NCBI GenBank assembly: GCA_050011435.1
Contig: JBEKJC010000019.1
Span: 6,087 to 70,086, forward strand
Direction of reading: 5' to 3'
Length of the DNA stretch: 64,000 nucleotides
Source: Candidatus Binataceae bacterium
Lineage (GTDB): Bacteria; Desulfobacterota; Binatia; Binatales; Binataceae
This document shows, piece by piece, positions 18,583 through 28,779 of this stretch; positions within the stretch are counted from its first letter, which is position 1, and each line of letters begins with the position of its first letter. The translations under genes were made by a program, and so were the position numbers. Under the pieces are notes generated by a model. The model made no database searches, was not told the origin of the DNA, and saw only the letters and a program-made list of their open reading frames with translations.

Positions 18583-20250
18583 ATGCTGAATCAGGATCCA
18601 AAATTTGATTACCACTTGAAGATTCGGAAGTGGTTCTGGGCACTCCTCTCAGTGGAAGTTCTGACCATCGTCTTCTTTCAGATTCCGACCCGACTGGGAT
18701 TTGACGCGACAGCCTTCGGAGATAACGGACTGAGCTTGAATGCCCAGTATCTAATCCAGCATAACTATAGACCGGGAGTGGACTTTGGATACCCTTACGG
18801 CACCCTTTCGCTGCTCTTCGGCAATCTCTCGTTCGGCCTCTTCGGGTTGAGGCCATTCACCTTTTTCAGTGCAATTACTATATGTGACTTGGCATTCGCA
18901 TTAGGCATGGCGCGATTCGCAGGTGTATTGAGACTCCGCTGGCCAGCTCTGGTGCTCATCGCTGTAAGCATACCCTTTTGCATACTCTTCGATATCACTC
19001 TCGCGCACGCGCTTGAGCGAGTCTTTCTGGTGTGGGCACTTGCCTTCCATGCCGATGGGCATCGGTCTCATGCTCTGGCATTTGCCGCTGGTGCCGCCCT
19101 GGTTAAACCGAGTATGGGATTCGTTTATGGTTTTCTGCTGCTGCCTTTTATCCTCGCCGCGCTATGGCAAAAGTCGAAATTAACGGCCTATTTCTTTGCG
19201 CGCGAAGTTCGGTGGGCCGCATTGGTTGCGACCAGCGTGTTATTTGTGTCGATGGCAGCCTATGGCACGCCCGCGACGTTCAGGCTCTCGCTGCCACTTA
19301 CAGGAGCCGAGATCTATCGGGCGGGCCACTTCGGATTCTTCACCGGCGCTGGCCGGGGCTTCTGGTACTTTCCGCGAGTTCATCTCGGCTACTATTTCGG
19401 AACGGTGGTCGCTTTCTGGTTCGCCGCGTCGGTTGGTCTGATTGCGGGCGGATGTTCGTCGGCCTTTGCCGTGCTTGCAAGTTTTAGAAATCGTGAGGAG
19501 CCGACCCCCGCTCGCGAGCTCACCCTGTTCTGTGCCCTTATGCACGTCGCCTTCGTAACACTTTTCTTCGGAAACAATGCTTCGTGGACATCGTACCCCT
19601 ATCTGCTGCCGATGGGAGTTGGGACGATGACACTTTGGACAAATTATACTCAGAAGTTGGTCTGGTTACTGATCATCCTGGGTGTGGTGGGCCAAAAGGG
19701 CATGATAGATCAGAACTTTCATGCCTGGTTCGACACGGCACCGAGCACCACCACCGCTGGGCTGTGGGCGAATCGAGACGAGCGCCAAGAGTGGGCATAC
19801 GTCCTCAACCTGTCGAAGGACAAGTCTCCCGTGGTGCTCGTGTTCGACGGTTCCGCCGAGTTGTTGTTTACCGAAATGGCTCGGCCGGTAGTGGTCACAT
19901 TAGTACGGGGTTCTACGCCCAGCAGTGAACTAAGACGCAAGATCGACCAGCTCTCGGCCGCGCAGATTGCGATCGTGCCGGAGGTGCCTAACAGTTTAGG
20001 GTTTTTGAACGGCTGGCCGGAGTTCAAAGACAAATTGTCAATCTGGGGCAGGGTGGTATTCAGGGGCAGGTACTTCACAGTTTACCAGCGCTTCGGTTCC
20101 GGAGCGGCTACCGAATCGATTCGGCAGCCAGCGAATCCCGGTTTCGTCGATACACCTGTAAGGCGCCACCCCGCCGGGATGTCCCTCCGAACCGCCCTTG
20201 CGAACGCTGCTTGGCGCGATACTGGCCCCGGCCGCCCGGACCTAACGTAA
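18583..20250 (+). CDS. Polytopic membrane protein with a C-terminal soluble domain; GT-C-like architecture, function unknown
   Basis: About 11-13 hydrophobic segments over the first ~400 aa, with an acidic first loop (GFDATAFGDNG). About 150 aa of non-hydrophobic C-terminus follows. I recognised no named motif. GC is lower than in the neighbouring genes. Confidence 0.6.
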   Translation: MLNQDPKFDYHLKIRKWFWALLSVEVLTIVFFQIPTRLGFDATAFGDNGLSLNAQYLIQHNYRPGVDFGYPYGTLSLLFGNLSFGLFGLRPFTFFSAITICDLAFALGMARFAGVLRLRWPALVLIAVSIPFCILFDITLAHALERVFLVWALAFHADGHRSHALAFAAGAALVKPSMGFVYGFLLLPFILAALWQKSKLTAYFFAREVRWAALVATSVLFVSMAAYGTPATFRLSLPLTGAEIYRAGHFGFFTGAGRGFWYFPRVHLGYYFGTVVAFWFAASVGLIAGGCSSAFAVLASFRNREEPTPARELTLFCALMHVAFVTLFFGNNASWTSYPYLLPMGVGTMTLWTNYTQKLVWLLIILGVVGQKGMIDQNFHAWFDTAPSTTTAGLWANRDERQEWAYVLNLSKDKSPVVLVFDGSAELLFTEMARPVVVTLVRGSTPSSELRRKIDQLSAAQIAIVPEVPNSLGFLNGWPEFKDKLSIWGRVVFRGRYFTVYQRFGSGAATESIRQPANPGFVDTPVRRHPAGMSLRTALANAAWRDTGPGRPDLT

Positions 20251-21341
20251 CTCGGCCCTTGCGAGTTCTCCACATCGCTCCCGCAATTTTCGGTGAAGGC
20301 GGTGTCTTCGGCGGCGGCGAACGCTATGCCTTCGAACTCGCGCGCCACATGGCCGATGAAGTCGATACTGTGCTGCTCGCTTTCGGTCCGCACGACCGCC
20401 GCGAACGCATTGGCAAGCTCGATCTGCGAGTGATCGGAAATCCCTGGTACGTGCGCGGTCAGCGCGACAATCCGCTGACGCTTTCGCTGTTGACTCATCT
20501 GCGCCGTGCCGATGTCGTGCATTGCCATCAGCAGCATCTGCTGGCGACCAGCTTGGCCGCGCTCGCATGCCGCGCTCTGCGCACGCCAGTGTTCGTCACC
20601 GATCTTGGCGGGGGCGGATGGGACGTCTCGGCCTACGTTTCGACTGATCGATGGTTCAATGGCCATCTACACCTGAGCGAATACAGCCGTACGCATTCCG
20701 GTCACGGCGGCAAGGCCTTCGCCCATGTCATCCTGGGCGGAGTTGACACCGAAAAATTCTCACCTGGCATCGCGAATCGCGGCGACGGTGCGGTGGTTTA
20801 TGCCGGGCGGCTGCTACCGCATAAGGGTATTAGCGATCTGATCGTGGCGATGGCGCCGGAGCTGGAGCTCAAAATCATTGGCCGGGTCGCCGACCAACGA
20901 TTCCTCGCCGATCTCCATCGCATGGCGGCTGGCAAATGTGTGACGTTTCGCCACGATTGCGACGATGTCGAACTGGTCCAAGCCTATCGCGGGGCATTGT
21001 GCGTCGTGCTGCCGAGCGTCTATCGCACGATTTACGGCGACGAGACTCTCGTGCCGGAACTGCTGGGGCAGACACTGTTGGAGGGCATGGCTTGCGGCAG
21101 GCCGGTCATCTGTACCCGTGTCGCGAGCATGCCTGAGATCGTCGAGGACGGCGTCTGCGGCTTTATCGTGCCGCCCAACGATCCCGCCGCCCTCGCGGAG
21201 CGCATCGGATGGTTGCATGACCATCCGGCGGAAGCGGCTGCGATGGGGGCGGCGGCGCGCCGACGCGTACTCAATAAATTCACCTGGCCGAAGGTTGTTC
21301 GCCGCTGCCTCGAAATTTATGCCGGTGATCGAGGCTTGTGA
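20211..21341 (+). CDS. Glycosyltransferase, GT-B fold (family 4-like); paralog of 8887-10002
   Basis: RVLHIAPAIFGEGGVFGGGERYAFELAR and GQTLLEGMACGRPVICTRVASMPEIVEDGVCGFIVPPND. The real start may be the TTG near 20259, because 20211 overlaps the upstream gene by 40 nt. Confidence 0.8.
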   Translation: MARYWPRPPGPNVTRPLRVLHIAPAIFGEGGVFGGGERYAFELARHMADEVDTVLLAFGPHDRRERIGKLDLRVIGNPWYVRGQRDNPLTLSLLTHLRRADVVHCHQQHLLATSLAALACRALRTPVFVTDLGGGGWDVSAYVSTDRWFNGHLHLSEYSRTHSGHGGKAFAHVILGGVDTEKFSPGIANRGDGAVVYAGRLLPHKGISDLIVAMAPELELKIIGRVADQRFLADLHRMAAGKCVTFRHDCDDVELVQAYRGALCVVLPSVYRTIYGDETLVPELLGQTLLEGMACGRPVICTRVASMPEIVEDGVCGFIVPPNDPAALAERIGWLHDHPAEAAAMGAAARRRVLNKFTWPKVVRRCLEIYAGDRGL

Positions 21342-21426
21342 GTAAAGACCTCCGAGACCTCGTCCCGTACGGGAAAATCAACCGAACCGCGGTCTGCCGC
21401 GTCGGCTTGTACTCTGAGCCGCGTCG

Positions 21427-22584
21427 ATGAGTCCCGCGATCAAGTGGCACATGATAACCGGCGAGTATCCGCCTCAAGCGGGGGGCGTCAGCGACTACTC
21501 GTGCGTGGTCGCACGCGGCCTCGCCGCGGCCGGCGATACAGTTCACGTGTACGCGCCGGAAAATGCGGGAATCGAACCCGACGACGATGGCGTCAGAATT
21601 CATCGTTTGCCGGGACATTTCGGCGCACGCGCGCTGGCCAAACTGTCGCGCTCGCTCGGACGCAACACGAATCATCGATTGCTCGTCCAGTACGTGCCGC
21701 ACGCGTTCGGCTTCAAGGCGATGAACCTTCCATTTTGCCTGTGGCTGTATGTTCATACGCGCAGATATGGCGGCGCTGCGGTCATCTTCCATGAGGTCAA
21801 ACTCGGATTCCGTCCCGGCGATCCGGCGCGCTATCGGCTGCTCGACGCGGTAACGAAATTGATGGCACGCCTGGTTGCGCGATCGGCGGCACAAATCTTT
21901 GTCGCCACTCCCGTATGGGAGCCGCTGCTGCGTCCCTACATCGAGGATGGACAACTCATCACCTGGCTGCCAGTGCCGAGTAATATCGCGGTGTCCGGCA
22001 ATAGCGCACAAATTGCCGCGACCCGGCGTCGCTACGTCTCAGCATGTGGTCCGATCATCGGTCATTTCAGCAGTCATCCGCCGGCAATCGCCGCGATGCT
22101 TCGGTCTGTCATCCCGCGCATTCTTGCGGCCAGCTCCGCTTCCACAATGATTCTGATCGGTGCGCATAGCGATACGTTTCGGGATTCGTTGATAAGTGAA
22201 TATCCTGAACTGGCCACGCGCGTGGTCGCTACGGGCGCGCTCCCGGCCGGTGAATTGTCGATGGCGATAGCGTCGTGCGACGTGATGGCGCAGCCCTATC
22301 CCGACGGCGTCACTTCGCGCCGCACAAGTATGATGGCCGCGCTCGAGCACGCGCGCGCGATCGTGACGACGCAGGGCTTGGCTACGGAGCCGCTGTGGCA
22401 GCAGAGCGGGGCGGTCGCGCTGGTGCCGGCCGCGGACTCAAGTGCCTTCGCGTCCGCGGTGGGCGAATTGATCGGCGATCACACTCGACGACGTCGTTAC
22501 GAGACCGCCGCCAAAGCCCTCTACGCAAGTCGCTTCGAATTGTGCCACACGATCGAGGCGCTGCGAGCGTCCGTATGCGCATAG
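21427..22584 (+). CDS. Glycosyltransferase, GT-B fold (group 1-like)
   Basis: N-terminus MITGEYPPQAGGVSDYS is typical of group-1 glycosyltransferases. Its size and position in the locus fit. The C-terminal motif is degenerate. Confidence 0.7.
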   Translation: MSPAIKWHMITGEYPPQAGGVSDYSCVVARGLAAAGDTVHVYAPENAGIEPDDDGVRIHRLPGHFGARALAKLSRSLGRNTNHRLLVQYVPHAFGFKAMNLPFCLWLYVHTRRYGGAAVIFHEVKLGFRPGDPARYRLLDAVTKLMARLVARSAAQIFVATPVWEPLLRPYIEDGQLITWLPVPSNIAVSGNSAQIAATRRRYVSACGPIIGHFSSHPPAIAAMLRSVIPRILAASSASTMILIGAHSDTFRDSLISEYPELATRVVATGALPAGELSMAIASCDVMAQPYPDGVTSRRTSMMAALEHARAIVTTQGLATEPLWQQSGAVALVPAADSSAFASAVGELIGDHTRRRRYETAAKALYASRFELCHTIEALRASVCA

Positions 22585-23852
22585 CGATCGTCACCTACAG
22601 TGCGCGCGTGGCCGGCGGCGTCGAAAGTTATCTGGACACCGTCATTCCGCTGCTCGAAGCGGCCGGCCACGAAATCGCGCTGCTGTGCGAACACGACGTA
22701 CCGTCAACTATGCGCCCGATCAGCCGGAGCGCGAATGCGCCCGTCTGGACGATTGCCGAGATCGGTGCTGCGCGTTCGCGTGATTCACTGCGGCGCTGGC
22801 GTCCGGATGTGATTTACACGCACGGCCTTTCCGATACCGAATTCGAAGGATGTGCGCCGTCAATAGCGCCGGCGATAGCGTTTGCCCACGACTATCGCGC
22901 AACCTGCATCAGTGGAGCCAAAGCGTTCGCATTTCCCGCGGCTACGCCCTGCGCGCGGCGCCTCGGCCGAGGATGCGTGGCGAACTTTTATCCACGCCGA
23001 TGCGGCGGTCTTAATCCTTTGGCGATGCTCACCGATTTCCGTCGAGCCGCGCGACGGCTCGAACTGTTGCGGGGCTTTCGGGCGGTTCTGACCGCCTCCG
23101 AATTTGTTCGCGATGAGTATGTGCGCAACGGCTTGGCGCCCGCTGCGGTCCGCTGCGTCCGTCTCCCGGTGGCCGATCGCGGCGCGGTGCGGCCCGTAGC
23201 CCCCGCGAAACCAGCAGGCGGATTGGATGCGGTCCCATTGCGGCTGCTGTTTGCTGGTCGGATGGAACCACTCAAGGGCGGCCAGGTGCTGCTCGAGTCT
23301 TTGCCATTGGTATCGTCCGCGCTGTCGCGTCCGCTCGTTTTGACCTTTGCCGGGGACGGCCGTGCGCGCTTCGAATGGGCACGGCGCGCCGACGTGATCA
23401 TGCAGCGCCATTCGGCACTGCGCGTCGAATTCGCCGGATGGGTCCAGGCGGCGGCACTGACTGCGCTGTTCGATTCGTCCGATCTGTTGGTCGTCCCGAG
23501 TCTGTGGCCGGAGCCATTCGGCCTTGTTGGACCGGAAGCCGGAATCCGTGGATTGCCCGCAGCCGCATTCGCAGTCGGCGGCATCCCGGAATGGCTCACC
23601 GACGGTGCTAACGGGGCGCTCGCCTGCGGACGCCCACCCGCGCCGGCAGACCTTGCCGATGCGATCGTTCGCTGCCTGCGTAATCCCGCCGACCATGCGC
23701 GCTTGCGCCGCGGTGCGTTTGAGTTGGCGCAGCGCTTCAGTCCCGAGCGCCATCTGAATGAACTGATGAATGTGATTCAGGAAATATCAGTGCAATCATC
23801 GGCCATCGGCGCGGAAGCGGCCAGTGTCATCGGGACGGCGCGTGCCCTTTAA
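22575..23852 (+). CDS. Glycosyltransferase, GT-B fold (family 4-like)
   Basis: The track ORF 22275-23852 is trimmed to the ATG at 22575 (MRIAIVTYSARVAGGVESY), which overlaps the upstream gene by 10 nt. C-terminal region WPEPFGLVGPEAGIRGLPAAAFAVGGIPEW. Confidence 0.8.
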   Translation: MRIAIVTYSARVAGGVESYLDTVIPLLEAAGHEIALLCEHDVPSTMRPISRSANAPVWTIAEIGAARSRDSLRRWRPDVIYTHGLSDTEFEGCAPSIAPAIAFAHDYRATCISGAKAFAFPAATPCARRLGRGCVANFYPRRCGGLNPLAMLTDFRRAARRLELLRGFRAVLTASEFVRDEYVRNGLAPAAVRCVRLPVADRGAVRPVAPAKPAGGLDAVPLRLLFAGRMEPLKGGQVLLESLPLVSSALSRPLVLTFAGDGRARFEWARRADVIMQRHSALRVEFAGWVQAAALTALFDSSDLLVVPSLWPEPFGLVGPEAGIRGLPAAAFAVGGIPEWLTDGANGALACGRPPAPADLADAIVRCLRNPADHARLRRGAFELAQRFSPERHLNELMNVIQEISVQSSAIGAEAASVIGTARAL

Positions 23853-23913
23853 CGTTGATCGGAATATCAGTTTTATCGGTCATTTCTTACCCCGGGGAAC
23901 CGCTGCGAAAATC

Positions 23914-24786
23914 ATGTCTAAGTTCCTTTTGCGCATATTCGACTACCTACCTCATCGGCTTACCGGCTGGGTTCTTCAAAAGAGAAGCGAAAGTGAAGTG
24001 CTGAAGCGGTTGACAGCTCCGTTCGCGGATTCTCTTCGAAACAAGGAAGTTGAAATTGGCAGCGGCGTTGGAAAGGGACTTTTTATCAATGTTGGTGGAT
24101 CCGCCGCGGCTTACGCCTTGGGAACATTCAAGCCCGACCTTCAGGGTTTTTTGAGTGCCGCTGTCAAAGAAGGCAATATTTTCTACGATATCGGCGCCAA
24201 TGTCGGTTTCTTTTCGCTCTTGGCAGCGAGGCTAGTCGGTCCTCAAGGTAAAGTCATAAGCTTCGAACCTTTACCGGCTAATCTCCTCACACTTCGTGAA
24301 AATGTGCAGCGCAACCGGTTTTGCAACGTGCAGATTCTTCCGTTGGCGCTGGGCGCAGCCAATGACGAACAGATGTTTCAGGTTTCTGAACGTCCCACTT
24401 GGGGAAAGCTCAAGGGCGTTGGCTCTGCGACCCCGGACAAATATCTCCGTGACATCAAAGTCATAGTTCGACGTCTCGATGACTTGTTCAGTGAAGGCGC
24501 GATTCAACCTCCCGATTTTGTGAAAATCGACGTCGAGGGAGCTGAGGTTGCGGTAGTTGAAGGAGCCAAAGAAACACTATTGCGTTATGGTCCTACGCTG
24601 ATGATCGAGCTACATGGGACGGGAAACCTGTTGACTCCGATATTCGTCGAGCTTGACTATTGCGCGATTCCATTGAGCGAGAGCTTCGACAATGTCGCAG
24701 AGGCTCACTGGAACGCAATGATATTGGCGTTTCCATCTCGGCGCGCTAGCAGCATAACCTCACTGCGAAGGTTTCTGCCGGATTAG
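23914..24786 (+). CDS. FkbM-family SAM-dependent methyltransferase
   Basis: FYDIGANVGFFSLLAARLVG and DFVKIDVEGAEVAVVEG are characteristic FkbM-family motifs. The track ORF is trimmed to the ATG at 23914. This is a low-GC block. Confidence 0.85.
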   Translation: MSKFLLRIFDYLPHRLTGWVLQKRSESEVLKRLTAPFADSLRNKEVEIGSGVGKGLFINVGGSAAAYALGTFKPDLQGFLSAAVKEGNIFYDIGANVGFFSLLAARLVGPQGKVISFEPLPANLLTLRENVQRNRFCNVQILPLALGAANDEQMFQVSERPTWGKLKGVGSATPDKYLRDIKVIVRRLDDLFSEGAIQPPDFVKIDVEGAEVAVVEGAKETLLRYGPTLMIELHGTGNLLTPIFVELDYCAIPLSESFDNVAEAHWNAMILAFPSRRASSITSLRRFLPD

Positions 24787-24941
24787 GTGCACCGGCTTTT
24801 CGTCAGCCGCTTTTAGGCCATGTATTTAACGCTTGTTTACTCAGTAACTATCACGAGTGACGTGTTTAGCCAGTACGTTGCCCGTCCTTTTGAACACAAA
24901 ATAGAAATGCTCCGACTATCGCTACACTCGCGTGATGTCCT

Positions 24942-26096
24942 ATGGCGGTAAAGAAACGCAGGATATTATCGCTGGGACACTCCTATTGTGTCGCATTGAA
25001 TCGGAGGCTCCCGACCGAAATGAGCAGAGTCGGTGCGGGAAAATGGGAGGTTACTGTCGCCGCCCCTGCTTTCTTTCGTGGTGATTTGCAGCCCATCAAG
25101 ACTGAGAGATTCGAAGGGGAGCAGGCAGCACTTGTGTTGTTGCCGGCATACTTCAGTGCTCTGCCGCATATATTCTTCTATGGGCGGCGTCTGCGCGGCC
25201 TGCTCGACGATAGTTGGGACATTGTTCATTGTTGGGAAGAGCCCTACATATTAGCGGGCGGGCAAATAGCATATTGGACGCGAAGGCAATCGCGTCTGGT
25301 GTTCTGGACCGGTCAGACGCGTGTGAAGAACTATCCGCCACCTTTCGCTCAAGTGGAACGCTATTGCTTCAAGCGATGTGCGGGCTGGTTATCGCGGGGG
25401 CAACTAGGTATCGATGCCATGCTCGAACGAGGCCACGGCGATAGACCTTATGCTGCGATTGGTTTGGGGGTTGACCTCGACGTATTCTTCCCCGACAAAA
25501 GAGCTGGGCTGACGGTTTTGCGTGAGCTTGGCTGGTCGGAGATAGGTGCGCCAGTAGTCGGATATATTGGGCGGTTTGTGGAGGAGAAGGGACTGGGAAC
25601 TCTGCTCGCTGCACTCGATCGGGTCTCCACACCTTGGCGCGCAGTGTTCCTGGGGGGCGGTCCCATGCTCGAAGGGATGGAGAGGTGGGCGTCTCGTCAT
25701 ATGGATCGGGTTCGTATTGTAAAGGCCGTGTCCCACGAACGCGTTCCCGCTTACTTGAATGCTTTCGATATGTTGTGTGCGCCGAGTCGTACCGCCGCAA
25801 ATTGGCGGGAAGTGTTTGGTCGCATGGTCATAGAGGCCTTCGCTTGTGAGGTGCCAGTGCTTGGTAGTGATAGCGGCGAGCTACCAAGTGTGATCGGAGA
25901 TGCCGGACTGATTGTGCCCGAGGGCGACGTTAACGAGTGGGTTCGAGCGCTGGAGAATCTTCTGGATTCGCCTGAGTTACGCGAGGATCTCGCAAAGCGC
26001 GGCCTCGACCGGGTAAAGCAACACTTCACCTGGACCGCTGTAGCGCGTAAGCATCTGGAGTTCTTTGAAAGACTACTCGATCAACCGATTCGCTAA
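24942..26096 (+). CDS. Glycosyltransferase, GT-B fold (family 4-like)
   Basis: VGYIGRFVEEKGL and REVFGRMVIEAFACEVPVLGSDSGELPSVIGD. This is a low-GC block. Confidence 0.8.
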   Translation: MAVKKRRILSLGHSYCVALNRRLPTEMSRVGAGKWEVTVAAPAFFRGDLQPIKTERFEGEQAALVLLPAYFSALPHIFFYGRRLRGLLDDSWDIVHCWEEPYILAGGQIAYWTRRQSRLVFWTGQTRVKNYPPPFAQVERYCFKRCAGWLSRGQLGIDAMLERGHGDRPYAAIGLGVDLDVFFPDKRAGLTVLRELGWSEIGAPVVGYIGRFVEEKGLGTLLAALDRVSTPWRAVFLGGGPMLEGMERWASRHMDRVRIVKAVSHERVPAYLNAFDMLCAPSRTAANWREVFGRMVIEAFACEVPVLGSDSGELPSVIGDAGLIVPEGDVNEWVRALENLLDSPELREDLAKRGLDRVKQHFTWTAVARKHLEFFERLLDQPIR

Positions 26097-26210
26097 ACCA
26101 GTGCACCTGAGATTTACCTGCTTCGCGGCCATCTTTCCTCGTGGCATCTGTGTGCTCGCGACCTTCTGCGCATAGGCGCGCATCGGATTACTGGAGGCGA
26201 ACGAGGCGAG

Positions 26211-27392
26211 TTGGGCGATTCAAGGCTGCGCGTCGCCATCGTGGCGGATTTCGCCGAAGAGGGATGGCCGAGCATGGACCTGGTTGCCGATTCACTCTTC
26301 GATCGGCTGCGCGTCGAACACTCTGAGGTAGTGGATGCGGTGCTGATGCGGCCGCACTTCAAGCGGCGTTTTTCGCGCACTGTGAGCGCAACTACGGAGC
26401 GCGATAGTTTCGGCAAGACGGCATTCAATGCGGATCGCCTGCTCAATCGATTCATCGACTATCCGCGGCTGTTGAAGCGCGCGCGCGATGATTTCGATAT
26501 TTTTCACATTACCGATCACAGTTACGCGCATCTGGTGATTTCTGTCGGGGCGCGTCGAGCGATCGTCACCTGCCATGACCTCGACGCCTTTCGTTCGATC
26601 ATCGAGCCGCCGCTTACGGCACGGGCTCGGCTGATCAAGCTGATGGCCGCGCGTGAGTTACGCGGGCTTCAAGGCGCGGCCCTGGTCGCATGCGTTAGCG
26701 ACGCTACGCGCGACGAACTGTTGCACCATCGGCTGGTCGCGCCCGATCGCACAGTAACGATTCCCAATGGGATCGCTCCAATTTTTTCTGCACAGCCCGA
26801 CCCGCGAGCCGGCCGCGAGACCGAGCGCATGCTCGGTCCGCTGCGCGTCGATGCGCCCGAGCTACTCCATGTCGGCAGTACGATTTCGCGCAAGCGGATC
26901 GATGTGCTGCTGCGCGTCTTCGCCGGTATTCGCGAAACCTGTCCGTCGGCTCGGCTGCTGCGAGTGAGCGGGCCATTCACCGCGGACCAAGGTGCGCTGG
27001 CCCGCGAACTGGGTGTGGAGGGTGCGACGACAGTGCTGCCCTTCGTCGAACCGGCCATTCTGGCTGCGATCTATCGGCGCGCGGCGTTGGTGCTCATCAC
27101 CTCGGACCATGAAGGTTTTGGACTTCCGCTGATCGAAGCGATGGCGTGCGGGGCGCCGGTGATGGCGAGCGACCTGGCGGTGCTGCGCGAGGTCGGCGGT
27201 GACGCAGCCGAGTTTATCCCGGTCGGCGACGTGCCGGCCTGGGTCTCAACGGCGCTGCGCCTGATCGATGAGCGTGCGAACGATCCTGCCCGCTGGACTG
27301 CGCGACGCTCAGATGGGTTTCGCCATGCGGCGAAATTCTCATGGAGCGAAAACGCGCGGCGCTACGTCGAGTTGTATCGGCAGGTCGCCTGA
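26211..27392 (+). CDS. Glycosyltransferase, GT-B fold (family 4-like)
   Basis: TTG start. [14 protein letters not shown] and [32 protein letters not shown]. Confidence 0.8.
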   Translation: MGDSRLRVAIVADFAEEGWPSMDLVADSLFDRLRVEHSEVVDAVLMRPHFKRRFSRTVSATTERDSFGKTAFNADRLLNRFIDYPRLLKRARDDFDIFHITDHSYAHLVISVGARRAIVTCHDLDAFRSIIEPPLTARARLIKLMAARELRGLQGAALVACVSDATRDELLHHRLVAPDRTVTIPNGIAPIFSAQPDPRAGRETERMLGPLRVDAPELLHVGSTISRKRIDVLLRVFAGIRETCPSARLLRVSGPFTADQGALARELGVEGATTVLPFVEPAILAAIYRRAALVLITSDHEGFGLPLIEAMACGAPVMASDLAVLREVGGDAAEFIPVGDVPAWVSTALRLIDERANDPARWTARRSDGFRHAAKFSWSENARRYVELYRQVA

Positions 27393-27541
27393 GCCTGACG
27401 CGCACGATGGCCGCCCCACTCAGTGAAAGCGGGCGTATTCGATGGCGTTGAGGTGGCGATATCGGTCGCGATCGGTACACGAAAATCGCGCAACGTTCCG
27501 GAACGGGAAATTGAAGATTGCGATTTGACGAGGTTCCCGAA

Positions 27542-28756
27542 ATGAAATCATCGATTGCGGATAAAGGCGCCACGGCGCAATTACTTGCGCAGGATCCGCC
27601 GGTCGAATCCGCCGCCTCTGGCCCGTTGAGTGTGCTCCATCTCGGCAAGTTCTACCCGCCGTACCGCGGCGGCATCGAGAGCCATCTGCATGCGCTTTGC
27701 CGCGAGTTGACCAAGTCGATCACCGTCAACGTAATCGTCGCAAACGAGACGCGCCGTCTGCGCGAAAGCGAAGTCGATGGTGTCAGAGTCAGACGATTAC
27801 CGCGCCTGTTCAATTTATGGGCGGCGCCGGTCTGTCCGACGATCGTGCGCGAGATTCGCGCCAATGATGCGGACATCGTTCATCTCCATCTACCAAATCC
27901 GCTGGCGGCGCTCGCCTATCTTGCGAGCGGGCACAAGGGCCGCCTGGTCATCACCTGGCACAGCGACATCGTGCGCCAAAAGACCATCGCGAAAATGCTG
28001 CGCCCGCTCGACGATGCGCTGCTCTCGCGAGCGTCGGCGTTTATCGCGAGCTCGCCCAACTATGTCGATAGCTCACCGATACTTTCGCGCAATCGAGATC
28101 GCTGCCGCGTGATTCCCTTCGGCATCGATGCTGACGCGTTCCGTCCGCGCCACGCCGACACTGCCGCAAAAATCCGCAAGCGCTACGGGCCGCGCGTCGT
28201 GCTGGCGGTCGGACGGATGGTCTACTACAAGGGCTTCGAATATCTGATTCGTGCGATGGCCGGCGTGCGCGGTCATCTGCTGCTGGTCGGCGAAGGACCG
28301 TTGCTGAAGAACCTCGAACGCCAGGCTTTCGACGCCGGCGCGATGGATCGCATCACCTTCCTCGGCCGCGTTTCGCAGGAGGAGATGACCGGCTACTACA
28401 ACGCGGCTGACGTATTTGTAATGCCCTCGATCTCGCGCAGTGAGGCATTCGGAATCGCGCAGCTCGAAGCGATGGCGTGCGGAAAACCCATCGTCAATAC
28501 GCGCCTCGAGTCGGGCGTGCCCTTCGTCTCGATCGACGGCGAAACTGGATTCACCGTAGCCCCGGCCGATGCGAACGAACTTGCCGGCGCGATCAATCGA
28601 CTGCTCGACGATCCCGATCTCCGCGGCAGATTTGGGGCGGCGGCGGCGCGCCGCGCGCGCGAGCATTTCAGGATCGACGCGATGGTCGATCGGACGCTCG
28701 AACTATATCGCGAGGTGATCGCCAACGGACGTATCAGTGCCGCTGCAATGCCCTGA
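27542..28756 (+). CDS. Glycosyltransferase, GT-B fold (family 4-like)
   Basis: LSVLHLGKFYPPYRGGIESH, LAVGRMVYYKGFEYLI and SEAFGIAQLEAMACGKPIVNTRLESGVPFV. The ATG at 27542 is preferred over the TTG at 27518. Confidence 0.85.
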   Translation: MKSSIADKGATAQLLAQDPPVESAASGPLSVLHLGKFYPPYRGGIESHLHALCRELTKSITVNVIVANETRRLRESEVDGVRVRRLPRLFNLWAAPVCPTIVREIRANDADIVHLHLPNPLAALAYLASGHKGRLVITWHSDIVRQKTIAKMLRPLDDALLSRASAFIASSPNYVDSSPILSRNRDRCRVIPFGIDADAFRPRHADTAAKIRKRYGPRVVLAVGRMVYYKGFEYLIRAMAGVRGHLLLVGEGPLLKNLERQAFDAGAMDRITFLGRVSQEEMTGYYNAADVFVMPSISRSEAFGIAQLEAMACGKPIVNTRLESGVPFVSIDGETGFTVAPADANELAGAINRLLDDPDLRGRFGAAAARRAREHFRIDAMVDRTLELYREVIANGRISAAAMP

Positions 28757-28779
28757 ACCTCGACTCCGCTTCGCTCGCT

